Shown here piece after piece: positions 19,367-26,367 of a DNA stretch of 33,665 bases; the first letter of the stretch is position 1; every line of letters begins with the position of its first letter. The stretch spans positions 1-33,665 of the IMG/VR virus record IMGVR_UViG_3300020045_006222; one strand, written 5' to 3'. The notes under the pieces were generated by a model, which had not been told where the DNA came from, searched no databases, and saw nothing but the letters and a program-made list of their open reading frames with translations. Origin of the DNA: a virus. Its lineage: Duplodnaviria; Caudoviricetes. Made by a program: the position numbers and the translations under genes.

Positions 19367-20388
19367 GCAGCTGCCTCACACGATTGAATTCTACGTTTTG
19401 CAATCTCCATGTATTCAGCACTCAACTCACACCCGATGAATCCAAATCCAAGGCCAATAGCTGCACAACCTGTTGAGCCACTTCCCATGAATGGATCGAG
19501 CACGACTCCAAATTCAGGAGTGATGAGCTTGATGAGATACTGCATGAGTTTGATTGGTTTGACTGTTGGGTGAATATTTCCTTCACCACGATCTTTCTTA
19601 GAAGCTTTCGCGCAATAGAAGAAACGTGAGGCCCCACCTGAATCACCGAAACCGGACATCTGAGTTCCTGGCTCACGAGATTCCGCACCAAATGCTGCAC
19701 CAGAATTTCCCCCGCGCTTGATGCCAGGCTTACCCGAAGTTAATGAGCCACTCTGCTCATCAAGCAAACCAGCCGTGAATTCGTCAAAGATCACGTTTGC
19801 GGGGAAGCGGCCTTCAGTTGAGTCAGCTACGGCTTTCGAACCGTTAAGCCCTTCGCCGTATTTTCCATTGCTAGCTAGAGCTGACGTGGCCTCTCTAACC
19901 GGCTTCAGTGAGCCCGCACCAATGCGACCCGCATCGACATTGATTCCGCCAGTTCCATGCTTGAGGACATTCTTGGCGACGGTTGATTCGCTGATCGGCT
20001 TACGAGCTAACGTGAAGAATTCAGTGGCAGGTTTGAGAGATGTTCCAAATCCTTTGAATCGTTCATCGCCGGTAGCTTTTTCTAGGTTGTGAGATTTGGG
20101 AAACCCACTTCCATAATGCCAGCAGATAACATCTCTGACTTCAAAGCCAGCATCCTCAATTTTCACAGCCATTCGGTGTTGAGTCCGAGTCCCGCAAGCT
20201 GCCAACATATGGCCACCTGGTTTAAGGACTCTGAGAACTTCGCGCCAGATATCAGCACTTGGTACGTCGTAGTCCCATTTCTTTCCCATGAAGCTGAGAC
20301 CATACGGCGGATCGGTGACGACCGAATCGACAGAGTTATCTTCGAGTGTTTTCAGTGTTTCGAGGCAATCGCCTAGGAGTAGGATCAC
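19363..20388 (-). CDS. DNA N4-cytosine/N6-adenine methyltransferase (beta class), no cognate nuclease in the window
   Basis: Catalytic TDPPY precedes HPTVKP and the SAM-binding VLDPFMGSGST motif. Confidence 0.92.
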   Translation of the reverse strand: MILLLGDCLETLKTLEDNSVDSVVTDPPYGLSFMGKKWDYDVPSADIWREVLRVLKPGGHMLAACGTRTQHRMAVKIEDAGFEVRDVICWHYGSGFPKSHNLEKATGDERFKGFGTSLKPATEFFTLARKPISESTVAKNVLKHGTGGINVDAGRIGAGSLKPVREATSALASNGKYGEGLNGSKAVADSTEGRFPANVIFDEFTAGLLDEQSGSLTSGKPGIKRGGNSGAAFGAESREPGTQMSGFGDSGGASRFFYCAKASKKDRGEGNIHPTVKPIKLMQYLIKLITPEFGVVLDPFMGSGSTGCAAIGLGFGFIGCELSAEYMEIAKRRIQSCEAAA

Positions 20389-20645
20389 CGCATGCCTCTC
20401 GGCTTAAACCCCGCAACCAAATTCGCTTCGGATAAAAGCTTTTTAGCTTCTTCGCCGGTTTCGGAAATTTTAAGCATGTCTGCTGTAATCTTGTTTTGAA
20501 CCTCAACGACCTTCTCCATCGCGAGCTTTAAATCAGCGACGTCGGTGTCTTTCGACTTCCGATCATGCCGAAACGCTTGGATATGGCCAGAAATGACGAT
20601 GCATAATAATGCAACTGAGATGAGAACAACCCATTCCCAAGTCAT
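20385..20645 (-). CDS. small membrane protein with coiled coil
   Basis: 86 aa with an N-terminal hydrophobic helix (WVVLISVALLCIVI). Confidence 0.55.
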   Translation of the reverse strand: MTWEWVVLISVALLCIVISGHIQAFRHDRKSKDTDVADLKLAMEKVVEVQNKITADMLKISETGEEAKKLLSEANLVAGFKPRGMR

Positions 20646-20945
20646 TTAAAACTCCTGATCAATGAATGTAGAAACGAACGCGATCTTCGCTGACTCTTCC
20701 GCAATCTGTTTCAGATTTGGCTCATCAACTTCGATCTTCAAAACTTCTTTGCCTTGAGTCGTTATTGTGTAACTCACCCATGACATTGAGCCCGGCCTAA
20801 TCGGCGCGTAGCCAACGGACTTGATGATCGGAAGGTCTTCTTTGCCTTCGAACATCGTCTCCATAATATGCGGCTCACCATTCGTTCGAATCACGGGCTG
20901 AATGATCGGAAGGTCTTTTAATTTAGGCTTCTGTGCTTTTGCCAT
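20646..20945 (-). CDS. hypothetical protein
   Basis: 99 aa, tightly packed in the operon. Confidence 0.6.
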   Translation of the reverse strand: MAKAQKPKLKDLPIIQPVIRTNGEPHIMETMFEGKEDLPIIKSVGYAPIRPGSMSWVSYTITTQGKEVLKIEVDEPNLKQIAEESAKIAFVSTFIDQEF

Positions 20946-21243
20946 CTTGTGCTCTCTGTTCTTTCAGTTTTTTTAGCTCTGGAATTAAGTCAGATGATGG
21001 ATGCGAAACCGCGTCCTCAACCGTTTGTTCGTGGAGCTTCTGAAGGAACGCGAGAGATGCGTTTACGACCTGTAAGGCATTTGTCGGAAACATGCCTTTT
21101 TGAATCACATTGAATGTGGTTGCGACCGCTTCGCAAGCGGTCCACTTCTGCTGAAGATCTTCTGGAAGAGTTGCCTCCACGACTTCTTCTTTGACTGCCT
21201 TTACGGCTTTTAGCTTTCCTGCTGACTTTCTACTTTTTGCCAT
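20923..21243 (-). CDS. hypothetical protein, first gene of the putative late operon
   Basis: 106 aa with AGGAG SD; preceded by a leader hairpin and the TTTTAATACTT motif. Confidence 0.65.
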   Translation of the reverse strand: MAKSRKSAGKLKAVKAVKEEVVEATLPEDLQQKWTACEAVATTFNVIQKGMFPTNALQVVNASLAFLQKLHEQTVEDAVSHPSSDLIPELKKLKEQRAQDGKSTEA

Positions 21244-21308
21244 TCGAATGCTCCTGCTAGCCGTAAGCGTCCATTAGGATGGCTCGGCTCAAGTGGTTCT
21301 AAGTTCTT

Positions 21309-21320
21309 AAGTATTAAAAT
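21309..21320 (-). promoter_or_regulatory. late-promoter-like motif TTTTAATACTT upstream of the packaging operon
   Basis: Copy of the recurring motif, overlapping the stop codon of the 116-aa gene. Confidence 0.6.
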
Positions 21321-21664
21321 CTTTGATTAATTCTTTCGAAAAATGTCTCGGGCGCCTTATCGATGCTCTTCGCCTTATTGAAAAGATCTCGGCTTCTGGC
21401 ATTATTCCTGGCGTAGCAATCGCCCCTAAGTTCATCGGACGCATGGAGTGCCGACTCATCGCCCTTCTTGATCACATTCTTGTAGTATTCGTTGTTGAAT
21501 TTGGTGATGTAAGCCAGAAGCGAACGGGACTTCTCACACCCATCGTTTAGAACTTTCGCGAGCAACTCATATGAGAGTTCATCGTCGATATAGCCTCTGG
21601 CAGACGGTCTGTGACCGGCTTTGAAGGCTCCAAGAAACTCTTTGGGTATTAAAAAATCTCTCAC
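21314..21664 (-). CDS. hypothetical protein (candidate late regulator)
   Basis: 116 aa helical protein at the head of the late region, divergent from the RHH-like gene. The function is inferred from position only. Confidence 0.5.
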   Translation of the reverse strand: MRDFLIPKEFLGAFKAGHRPSARGYIDDELSYELLAKVLNDGCEKSRSLLAYITKFNNEYYKNVIKKGDESALHASDELRGDCYARNNARSRDLFNKAKSIDKAPETFFERINQRF

Positions 21665-21765
21665 TTACGCTCATTTTCCGAACTGAGCGCGGCTTACCCT
21701 AAGTAAGCTTTTAGATTACTTCGAATAATCTTGAGATATGCCCAACATAGTTGGAATATTTAGGC

Positions 21766-21954
21766 ATGACGAGCCTGCCAAAAATGAAGCATCTAAAGGA
21801 AAAAAAGAATCTCTCAATCAAAGTCGATAAAGAGATCGAAGAGCTTTACCGCACTGGACGAAATAACGGCTGGGACGTGTCCGAAATCGCGCGCGCAACG
21901 CTGACTGAGAAGTTCACCAAGATTGCGAATCAGCTAAAGACTCAAGCGTCGTGA
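21766..21954 (+). CDS. ribbon-helix-helix-like small DNA-binding protein
   Basis: KKNLSIKVDKEIEELY...GWDVSEIARATL fits a beta-alpha-alpha RHH pattern. The in-frame ATG at 21766 is preferred over TTG 21751. Confidence 0.6.
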   Translation: MTSLPKMKHLKEKKNLSIKVDKEIEELYRTGRNNGWDVSEIARATLTEKFTKIANQLKTQAS

Positions 21955-22238
21955 ACGCCGGCAGAGAGTTGGATGCGCTTATTGCCGAGAAGCTGTTTTT
22001 GAAACTTTACTTTCCATGAGTCGTAGCTTGAATGAAGAGTGACATCGCCATAGTCTCAGATTTAGTAAAGCGCCACTTTAGAAATGAGCAAAACTCATGG
22101 CCCGAGCTTTTAATGCCTGAGCATCTAAATTTAGACTGGACAGCTTTCGTGTCTGTTTATGGGCCAATCAAAATTACAAGATATAGCGGCATGACGTGGA
22201 AATTAGTCGAACTCGGATCTCGAAGTTGTAAGCTGTAG
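21951..22238 (+). pseudogene. possible interrupted gene (MNAGRELDALIAEKLF...) with two in-frame TGA codons
   Basis: GTGA overlap with the upstream gene. The 22-aa peptide at 21951-22019 is in frame with the 68-aa ORF at 22032. The N-terminus resembles phage ABA-sandwich proteins, from memory. Confidence 0.35.
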
Positions 22239-22245
22239 CTTGAAT

Positions 22246-22355
22246 GAAATGCTGTAGCTCAATTGGCGGAGCAGCGGTGAAGAGTGTTGACGGCGTGCAC
22301 GCTGGGCAGCTCGATAGTAGCCGGAGGTCGCGGGTTCAAGTCCTGCCAGCATTTC
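22246..22355 (+). ncRNA. tRNA-like RNA with the anticodon loop replaced by a 41-nt hairpin
   Basis: Acceptor stem (GA)AATGCTG/CAGCATT(TC), TA, D arm GCTC-AATTGGCG-GAGC, variable loop AGGTC, T arm GCGGG-TTCAAGT-CCTGC. Confidence 0.75.
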
Positions 22356-22356
22356 C

Positions 22357-22532
22357 TTGAAGCGGCGGTGTTGAAAGCTGTGGTGAGCTTGGTCGATGTC
22401 AACAGTACGGCTGTTGGTCTTCTCAGAGTAGCCACTGGAGAAACGCAGTAGAGATTCTGTGGAATTCAGCTTGCTTCGCGTGAAGGATGGTAATCCCGGT
22501 TCAAGTCCGGAGTTCACGCGGGGCCGCTTCAA
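22357..22532 (+). ncRNA. multibranched structured RNA with a T-loop module
   Basis: Closing stem TTGAAGCGGC/GCCGCTTCAA; internal stems AAGCTG/CAGCTT and CGCGTGAA/TTCACGCG; T arm CCGG-TTCAAGT-CCGG. Confidence 0.65.
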
Positions 22533-22585
22533 CTTTCACCTAGCCCGATGTCTTGCTGGCTCGCAATATGATCGTTATTTTCCCG

Positions 22586-22825
22586 TTACTTAACGGGGTT
22601 TACGGAACCAATGAACTGAAGCTTCGAGAGCCTGCCCCATGTGATTTCCCAGTGAGCGCACCATTTGCCATCGGTGACTTCGTGACATGGCCAACAATGA
22701 TTTCTGGGCTTTGTATTGGGCCCGGGTTTTCGTTGTGCAGCGATGCGGACGAAATCATTCGCCGGCGTCATATAGTAAAACCACTTCACTTCCCCTCCAA
22801 CGCTGCCTTGAGCTTGTCGATACAC
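22586..22825 (-). CDS. hypothetical protein (start uncertain, possibly the internal GTG after GGAGGGG)
   Basis: Last ORF of the leftward early cluster. Confidence 0.4.
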   Translation of the reverse strand: MYRQAQGSVGGEVKWFYYMTPANDFVRIAAQRKPGPNTKPRNHCWPCHEVTDGKWCAHWEITWGRLSKLQFIGSVNPVK

Positions 22826-23127
22826 TTCCCGGTGTTGATCCTCGCAGTATCAGAAACGGTTTCGAATCTGTAGTGGACCAGCCTCATTATCACGTCTTGA
22901 ATCAACTCCCTTTCAACGACGACCTCTGAATCATCCAAAGCGACAAAGTGTTCGATGATATCGCCGACTGAACCAAACTTGATGGCATCAGCTTTTGATT
23001 CGTGAACTTTCATCGCTAGGTATTGGCGCGCAAATGGATGAGATGCCGCCCAGAACTCACGTCTCTTCGGAGCTTCAAGCGTTCCATATTTCATCATGTT
23101 GACTCTCTTCATTTCGGAGCGGCTCAC
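22786..23127 (-). CDS. hypothetical protein
   Basis: 113 aa, GTGA-coupled to the upstream gene. Confidence 0.6.
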   Translation of the reverse strand: MSRSEMKRVNMMKYGTLEAPKRREFWAASHPFARQYLAMKVHESKADAIKFGSVGDIIEHFVALDDSEVVVERELIQDVIMRLVHYRFETVSDTARINTGKCIDKLKAALEGK

Positions 23128-23435
23128 TCCCCACCAGCTTTCTTGTCGCGAACAAATGCATTCCGATATTCAAATGGCATTTCGTATCCTTGATCTTCCA
23201 ACCACTGCTTCCAATTTAGATACTCAGTCTGAAAAGTGCATTCCCGATCAGGCCACGAGAATTTCTTGTCGAGAGTATAAATACCGATGCCGACAACTGG
23301 AGCGCCAAGACCATACGTGATTTGATCAATATCGAAATCACGCCAGCTTGGATACACACCCCTCTTCGGCACTCTTGCTTTGTTCACTTCAGTCATAAAT
23401 CTGCTTCCTTCCTGTCTTCGGATCAGAGTAGTCAA
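23124..23435 (-). CDS. hypothetical protein (true start probably MTEVNK)
   Basis: Part of the overlapping small-gene cluster. Confidence 0.55.
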   Translation of the reverse strand: MTTLIRRQEGSRFMTEVNKARVPKRGVYPSWRDFDIDQITYGLGAPVVGIGIYTLDKKFSWPDRECTFQTEYLNWKQWLEDQGYEMPFEYRNAFVRDKKAGGE

Positions 23436-23589
23436 TCACTGGAGTTAACATGACTTCGATTGGGGAATCACACCATCCGCAAAGTCCGAATATCACGGTT
23501 ACATTGCCGACTGGTGCGATGAGTCCTTGATGTTGAGCGCACCCGTGGCAAATCCAATATTTGTCTTGTCGTTCGATTTCTTGGCTCAT
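23389..23589 (-). CDS. small zinc-finger-like protein
   Basis: 66 aa with CHGC and CGWC motifs; ATGA-coupled. Confidence 0.55.
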   Translation of the reverse strand: MSQEIERQDKYWICHGCAQHQGLIAPVGNVTVIFGLCGWCDSPIEVMLTPVIDYSDPKTGRKQIYD

Positions 23590-23768
23590 GATTTCATCCG
23601 ATCAAGATACTTGACGACCGGTTTTTGAACTCCGACTGCCCATTTTTCTGCACTCTCAACTGAACTGAATGTATTCACATCGCCAGCTTGAATCCAGAAC
23701 GGAAACCACCAGCGCCAGACTTGAACCTCATAACCAAGATAACGATCGCGTACTATTCTTAGCCTCAC
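23586..23768 (-). CDS. hypothetical protein (MRLRIVRDRYLGYEVQVWRWWFPFW...)
   Basis: Start moved to GTG 23768, which forms a GTGA overlap with the upstream stop. Confidence 0.55.
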   Translation of the reverse strand: MRLRIVRDRYLGYEVQVWRWWFPFWIQAGDVNTFSSVESAEKWAVGVQKPVVKYLDRMKS

Positions 23769-24199
23769 TCCCCACCGTCCTTGAGCGCTTCTCTTCTCAT
23801 CAAGCGAATCTCTGGAGGCAACCAAGACGCTGAACATGCAACCAGGGCCGCCCTCAACTTCTCCCGCTCACGTTTCAGGCTGGCATTCTCAGAGTCCCGA
23901 GCGTCGATCATGCCAGAAAGTTTCATCTCGCCTTCTAAGCCCGTGTGCAGGAGGTTCTCGTATTTCTGCTTTAGTTCGGCGAGTTCTGATTCGAGTTCTT
24001 GCACGCGACCTGAGTAAACTTTCACGAAGTCTTTTTGCAGCTCAAGCTTGAATTGAACCGCTTCCAATTCCTTCGCGGAGTAATCTCTGCCGAATTTTGC
24101 AGCCTCTGAAAACTTAGGATTCGTCGCGCTAGTTAACCAGTCGAAGAATGCCTCCTCGAACTCTTTCTCACTGTCTGGCTGGTTAGATTCGTGGATCAT
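23765..24199 (-). CDS. coiled-coil hypothetical protein
   Basis: Likely start MIHESNQ (ATGA overlap at 24199/24196). Confidence 0.55.
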   Translation of the reverse strand: MIHESNQPDSEKEFEEAFFDWLTSATNPKFSEAAKFGRDYSAKELEAVQFKLELQKDFVKVYSGRVQELESELAELKQKYENLLHTGLEGEMKLSGMIDARDSENASLKREREKLRAALVACSASWLPPEIRLMRREALKDGGE

Positions 24200-24411
24200 G
24201 GTTTGCCTTTCCAAAGTTCGTGCATAACTTGTTGAATTGCTGCGATATCGGCTTTGAGTAAACTCTGTTCGCGAGCTAAATCGGCAAGCTTCCAAGTGTT
24301 GTCTCGCAGTTTAGTTCTCGCTTCGTGGAGTCTTTTATTCATGTGATCCCAACCGGCTTGTTTTGCAGCGCTTCGAAACTTTGGGCGGTGATCTTTTTTC
24401 TTCTCACCCAT
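24196..24411 (-). CDS. hypothetical protein
   Basis: 71 aa, basic coiled coil, GGAG SD. Confidence 0.55.
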   Translation of the reverse strand: MGEKKKDHRPKFRSAAKQAGWDHMNKRLHEARTKLRDNTWKLADLAREQSLLKADIAAIQQVMHELWKGKP

Positions 24412-24622
24412 TGCCTGTCTCCTCGTCAGAGTTTTCGATCATCTCACTTCTAGAAACCAACTCAGAATCCCAGCGACCTGATACGGAAATGTAACTAACG
24501 CACTGTAGTCCTTCGTGTTTGAAGCCAGCGTAACTTTGGAAGTTAGAAGGTTTCGCTCGATACCTGTAGCAGATCATTCGCGAAGGACATTCGTGGTCCT
24601 TGCACATTGAGATGTCTGGCAT
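24404..24622 (-). CDS. small Cys-motif phage protein
   Basis: MPDISMC...CP....CYRY pattern; GAGGAG SD. Confidence 0.6.
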   Translation of the reverse strand: MPDISMCKDHECPSRMICYRYRAKPSNFQSYAGFKHEGLQCVSYISVSGRWDSELVSRSEMIENSDEETGNG

Positions 24623-24656
24623 CAGCTCTCCTCAATCGCGCGCTCTAGGGGTGTGC

Positions 24657-24833
24657 TCATGGTCCCTTCCGTTTCAGTCTCGCACCTGTGAAAGTGTAGC
24701 CCTCAGTTCCATTTGACATACCGCCTGAATGAGAAAGATGTCCGCGCGCCTGTCGAGCAAGCTGTTTTCTTCTCTTCTCAGTTTCAGCGAAGATTTCAAC
24801 TCTGACGGCTATCCATACGTACCTAGTTTTCAT
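24657..24833 (-). CDS. hypothetical protein (MKTRYVWIAV...)
   Basis: Internal ATG coupled (TGATG) to the upstream stop. Confidence 0.45.
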   Translation of the reverse strand: MKTRYVWIAVRVEIFAETEKRRKQLARQARGHLSHSGGMSNGTEGYTFTGARLKRKGP

Positions 24834-25132
24834 CACACACCGTCTTTCACTTTTGAGAGGAACTCGCGGGCTTTTAAACGAATTAAGGCTTTGAGTTTCT
24901 CTGGTTCGCAGTCTCCTACAACCCAAGTTGTCTCTTCCATCTTTCGAATCACCTCAAGCGCCTCCTCCAACTGAGCCTGCATCGAGACGTAGTCAGCAAA
25001 GAGAACGTATTCTCCGCGTTCCATTCGTTTGATTTCGTGGATGAGAACGCCCCCGATAGACTTCTGCCCGAATCTTCTTACGCTTAGATTCTCAGCCAGC
25101 TTCTCTCTCAATTCTGTCTGCTTCGGGGTCAT
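24833..25132 (-). CDS. hypothetical protein
   Basis: 99 aa with a GEYVLFADY motif common in small phage proteins. Confidence 0.55.
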   Translation of the reverse strand: MTPKQTELREKLAENLSVRRFGQKSIGGVLIHEIKRMERGEYVLFADYVSMQAQLEEALEVIRKMEETTWVVGDCEPEKLKALIRLKAREFLSKVKDGV

Positions 25133-25266
25133 GTGAAATTTCCTTGTTTGATTTTCTCGATAATCGCTTGGTCATAGGCGATCAGAACGCGAATCAAATT
25201 TTGTCGATAAGAATTTCTAGGCATGAGAAAGATGCTCAAGTCGATGAGCCAAAGACAGAATGTCAT
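25129..25266 (-). CDS. 45-aa hypothetical protein not in the ORF track (MTFCLWLIDL...QGNFT)
   Basis: Fills the gap exactly: starts 2 nt after the upstream stop and has an ATGA overlap with the downstream gene. Confidence 0.5.
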   Translation of the reverse strand: MTFCLWLIDLSIFLMPRNSYRQNLIRVLIAYDQAIIEKIKQGNFT

Positions 25267-25268
25267 TC

Positions 25269-25658
25269 TCACACTTCCCCCTTCGTGAGGCGTTCGATGA
25301 TTGCAGTCAATTCGTGATAGCTATTCTCTAGATCTATTTTCCAGGCATCGTATTTATCACAAGCTTTTACGGATGGTTTTGGAGTGTAGTAGCCGTTGGT
25401 GTGGTAGTTATTTGTCGAATCAGAATCATCGGCGAATTCTTTATCGAAGCGAGTGATGACTGCATCAAGTCTTCTGATCTTCGTGAGAGTACGGTTTGTA
25501 CTCAACCTCATTCTCTCGCGCTCTCGTTTGATGCCGGCGAGGTATATCTGCTTTGACTTCCTGGTTGCAGCCGTTGCTAGAATCGGATCTAGTCCGATAC
25601 TAACCGCATACTCCTCAGCAGCTTTCTCATCAGCTTCGCTTTGATTTGTGAGGGTCAT
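25269..25658 (-). CDS. hypothetical protein
   Basis: 129 aa, GGAGG SD, ATGA-coupled. Confidence 0.6.
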   Translation of the reverse strand: MTLTNQSEADEKAAEEYAVSIGLDPILATAATRKSKQIYLAGIKRERERMRLSTNRTLTKIRRLDAVITRFDKEFADDSDSTNNYHTNGYYTPKPSVKACDKYDAWKIDLENSYHELTAIIERLTKGEV

Positions 25659-26074
25659 GCTTTACCTCCAGGCCCCAAAAGAGGCGGCATGTTTCCAGAT
25701 TGATACGATGCTTCGATTTGGCCTCCGATATTCTGATGAATAGTCAGGCCGTTCGGCATCACGATATGAGCCATAAATTCTTGCTCAAAAGTGGTGATTC
25801 CAGATTCAACGCATTCAAGTTTGGCTTTGATTGCGAGAAGCAAACATCGCCAGCGAGTTCTTTCTAACTGCGCCTCTTTCGAGTTCTTAGAATCTTTCGG
25901 AAGGGGAAGAATGAATTTTACTCTGCGAGCTTTCATTTCAAATGCAACCACAGCTTGTCCATTACCTTGGCCAAACATGAATCCGTTTGCACCGTATCGC
26001 TCTAATGTTTTACGTATTTCCGATTGCGTTCGGTCAACCGGCACTGACGTAGCGCTTGCAAACTTACTCATCAC
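25655..26074 (-). CDS. conserved-looking phage hypothetical protein
   Basis: T.VPVDRTQSEI...YGA and RWR.LLLAIKAKLE.VESGI.TFE.EF.AHIV.P.G motifs. Confidence 0.65.
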   Translation of the reverse strand: MMSKFASATSVPVDRTQSEIRKTLERYGANGFMFGQGNGQAVVAFEMKARRVKFILPLPKDSKNSKEAQLERTRWRCLLLAIKAKLECVESGITTFEQEFMAHIVMPNGLTIHQNIGGQIEASYQSGNMPPLLGPGGKA

Positions 26075-26367
26075 TCTCGTCCTTTGCGTGCTTCAAGAAT
26101 CAGGGCGTCTGCTATCATTAGAGCCTCGGTGATTGGTCGCTGATGATCCATGAGTTGATATTCAAACTTTTCAGCGGCGGCATTCCAGGTAGAGCTCACC
26201 CAGCCATGGGTTTGTTTGTTCGCTAATATCATCGCAGCTATCTCAAGGCGTGAGGGTTCGGGGCGAACTGTCGCGAGATAGTTCATGCCGTTGACGTATC
26301 TCAATCTAGTTTGCTCCTCATCGAGGGCTCGGATGGCATCGCCAGTGTTTTCGAATTCGCTCATCAC
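26071..26367 (-). CDS. hypothetical protein
   Basis: 98 aa with SRLEIAAMILA...ALMIADALI motif. Confidence 0.6.
   Translation of the reverse strand: MMSEFENTGDAIRALDEEQTRLRYVNGMNYLATVRPEPSRLEIAAMILANKQTHGWVSSTWNAAAEKFEYQLMDHQRPITEALMIADALILEARKGRE

Noticed and set aside
911-20376. Numerous plus-strand and alternate-frame ORFs over the structural genes (e.g. 2126-2797, 11032-11478, 10339-10728)
   Set aside because: They are fully overlapped by long, well-supported minus-strand genes and have shadow-like composition.
20385-20645. Holin or lysis cassette
   Set aside because: A single TM helix only, with no recognisable endolysin or spanin nearby. Lysis genes are probably outside the window.
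20824-20917. 16-bp direct repeat ATGATCGGAAGGTCTT
   Set aside because: Only two copies, both encoding DLPII in the same gene; no array.
22203-22532. 109-aa minus-strand ORF
   Set aside because: It is exactly antisense to the two structured RNAs, starts with TTG and has no protein-like features; probably a shadow ORF.
22246-22532. tmRNA, group I intron or suppressor tRNA
   Set aside because: No tmRNA-type termini or tag frame, the insert is far too short for a group I core, and no canonical anticodon loop is present.
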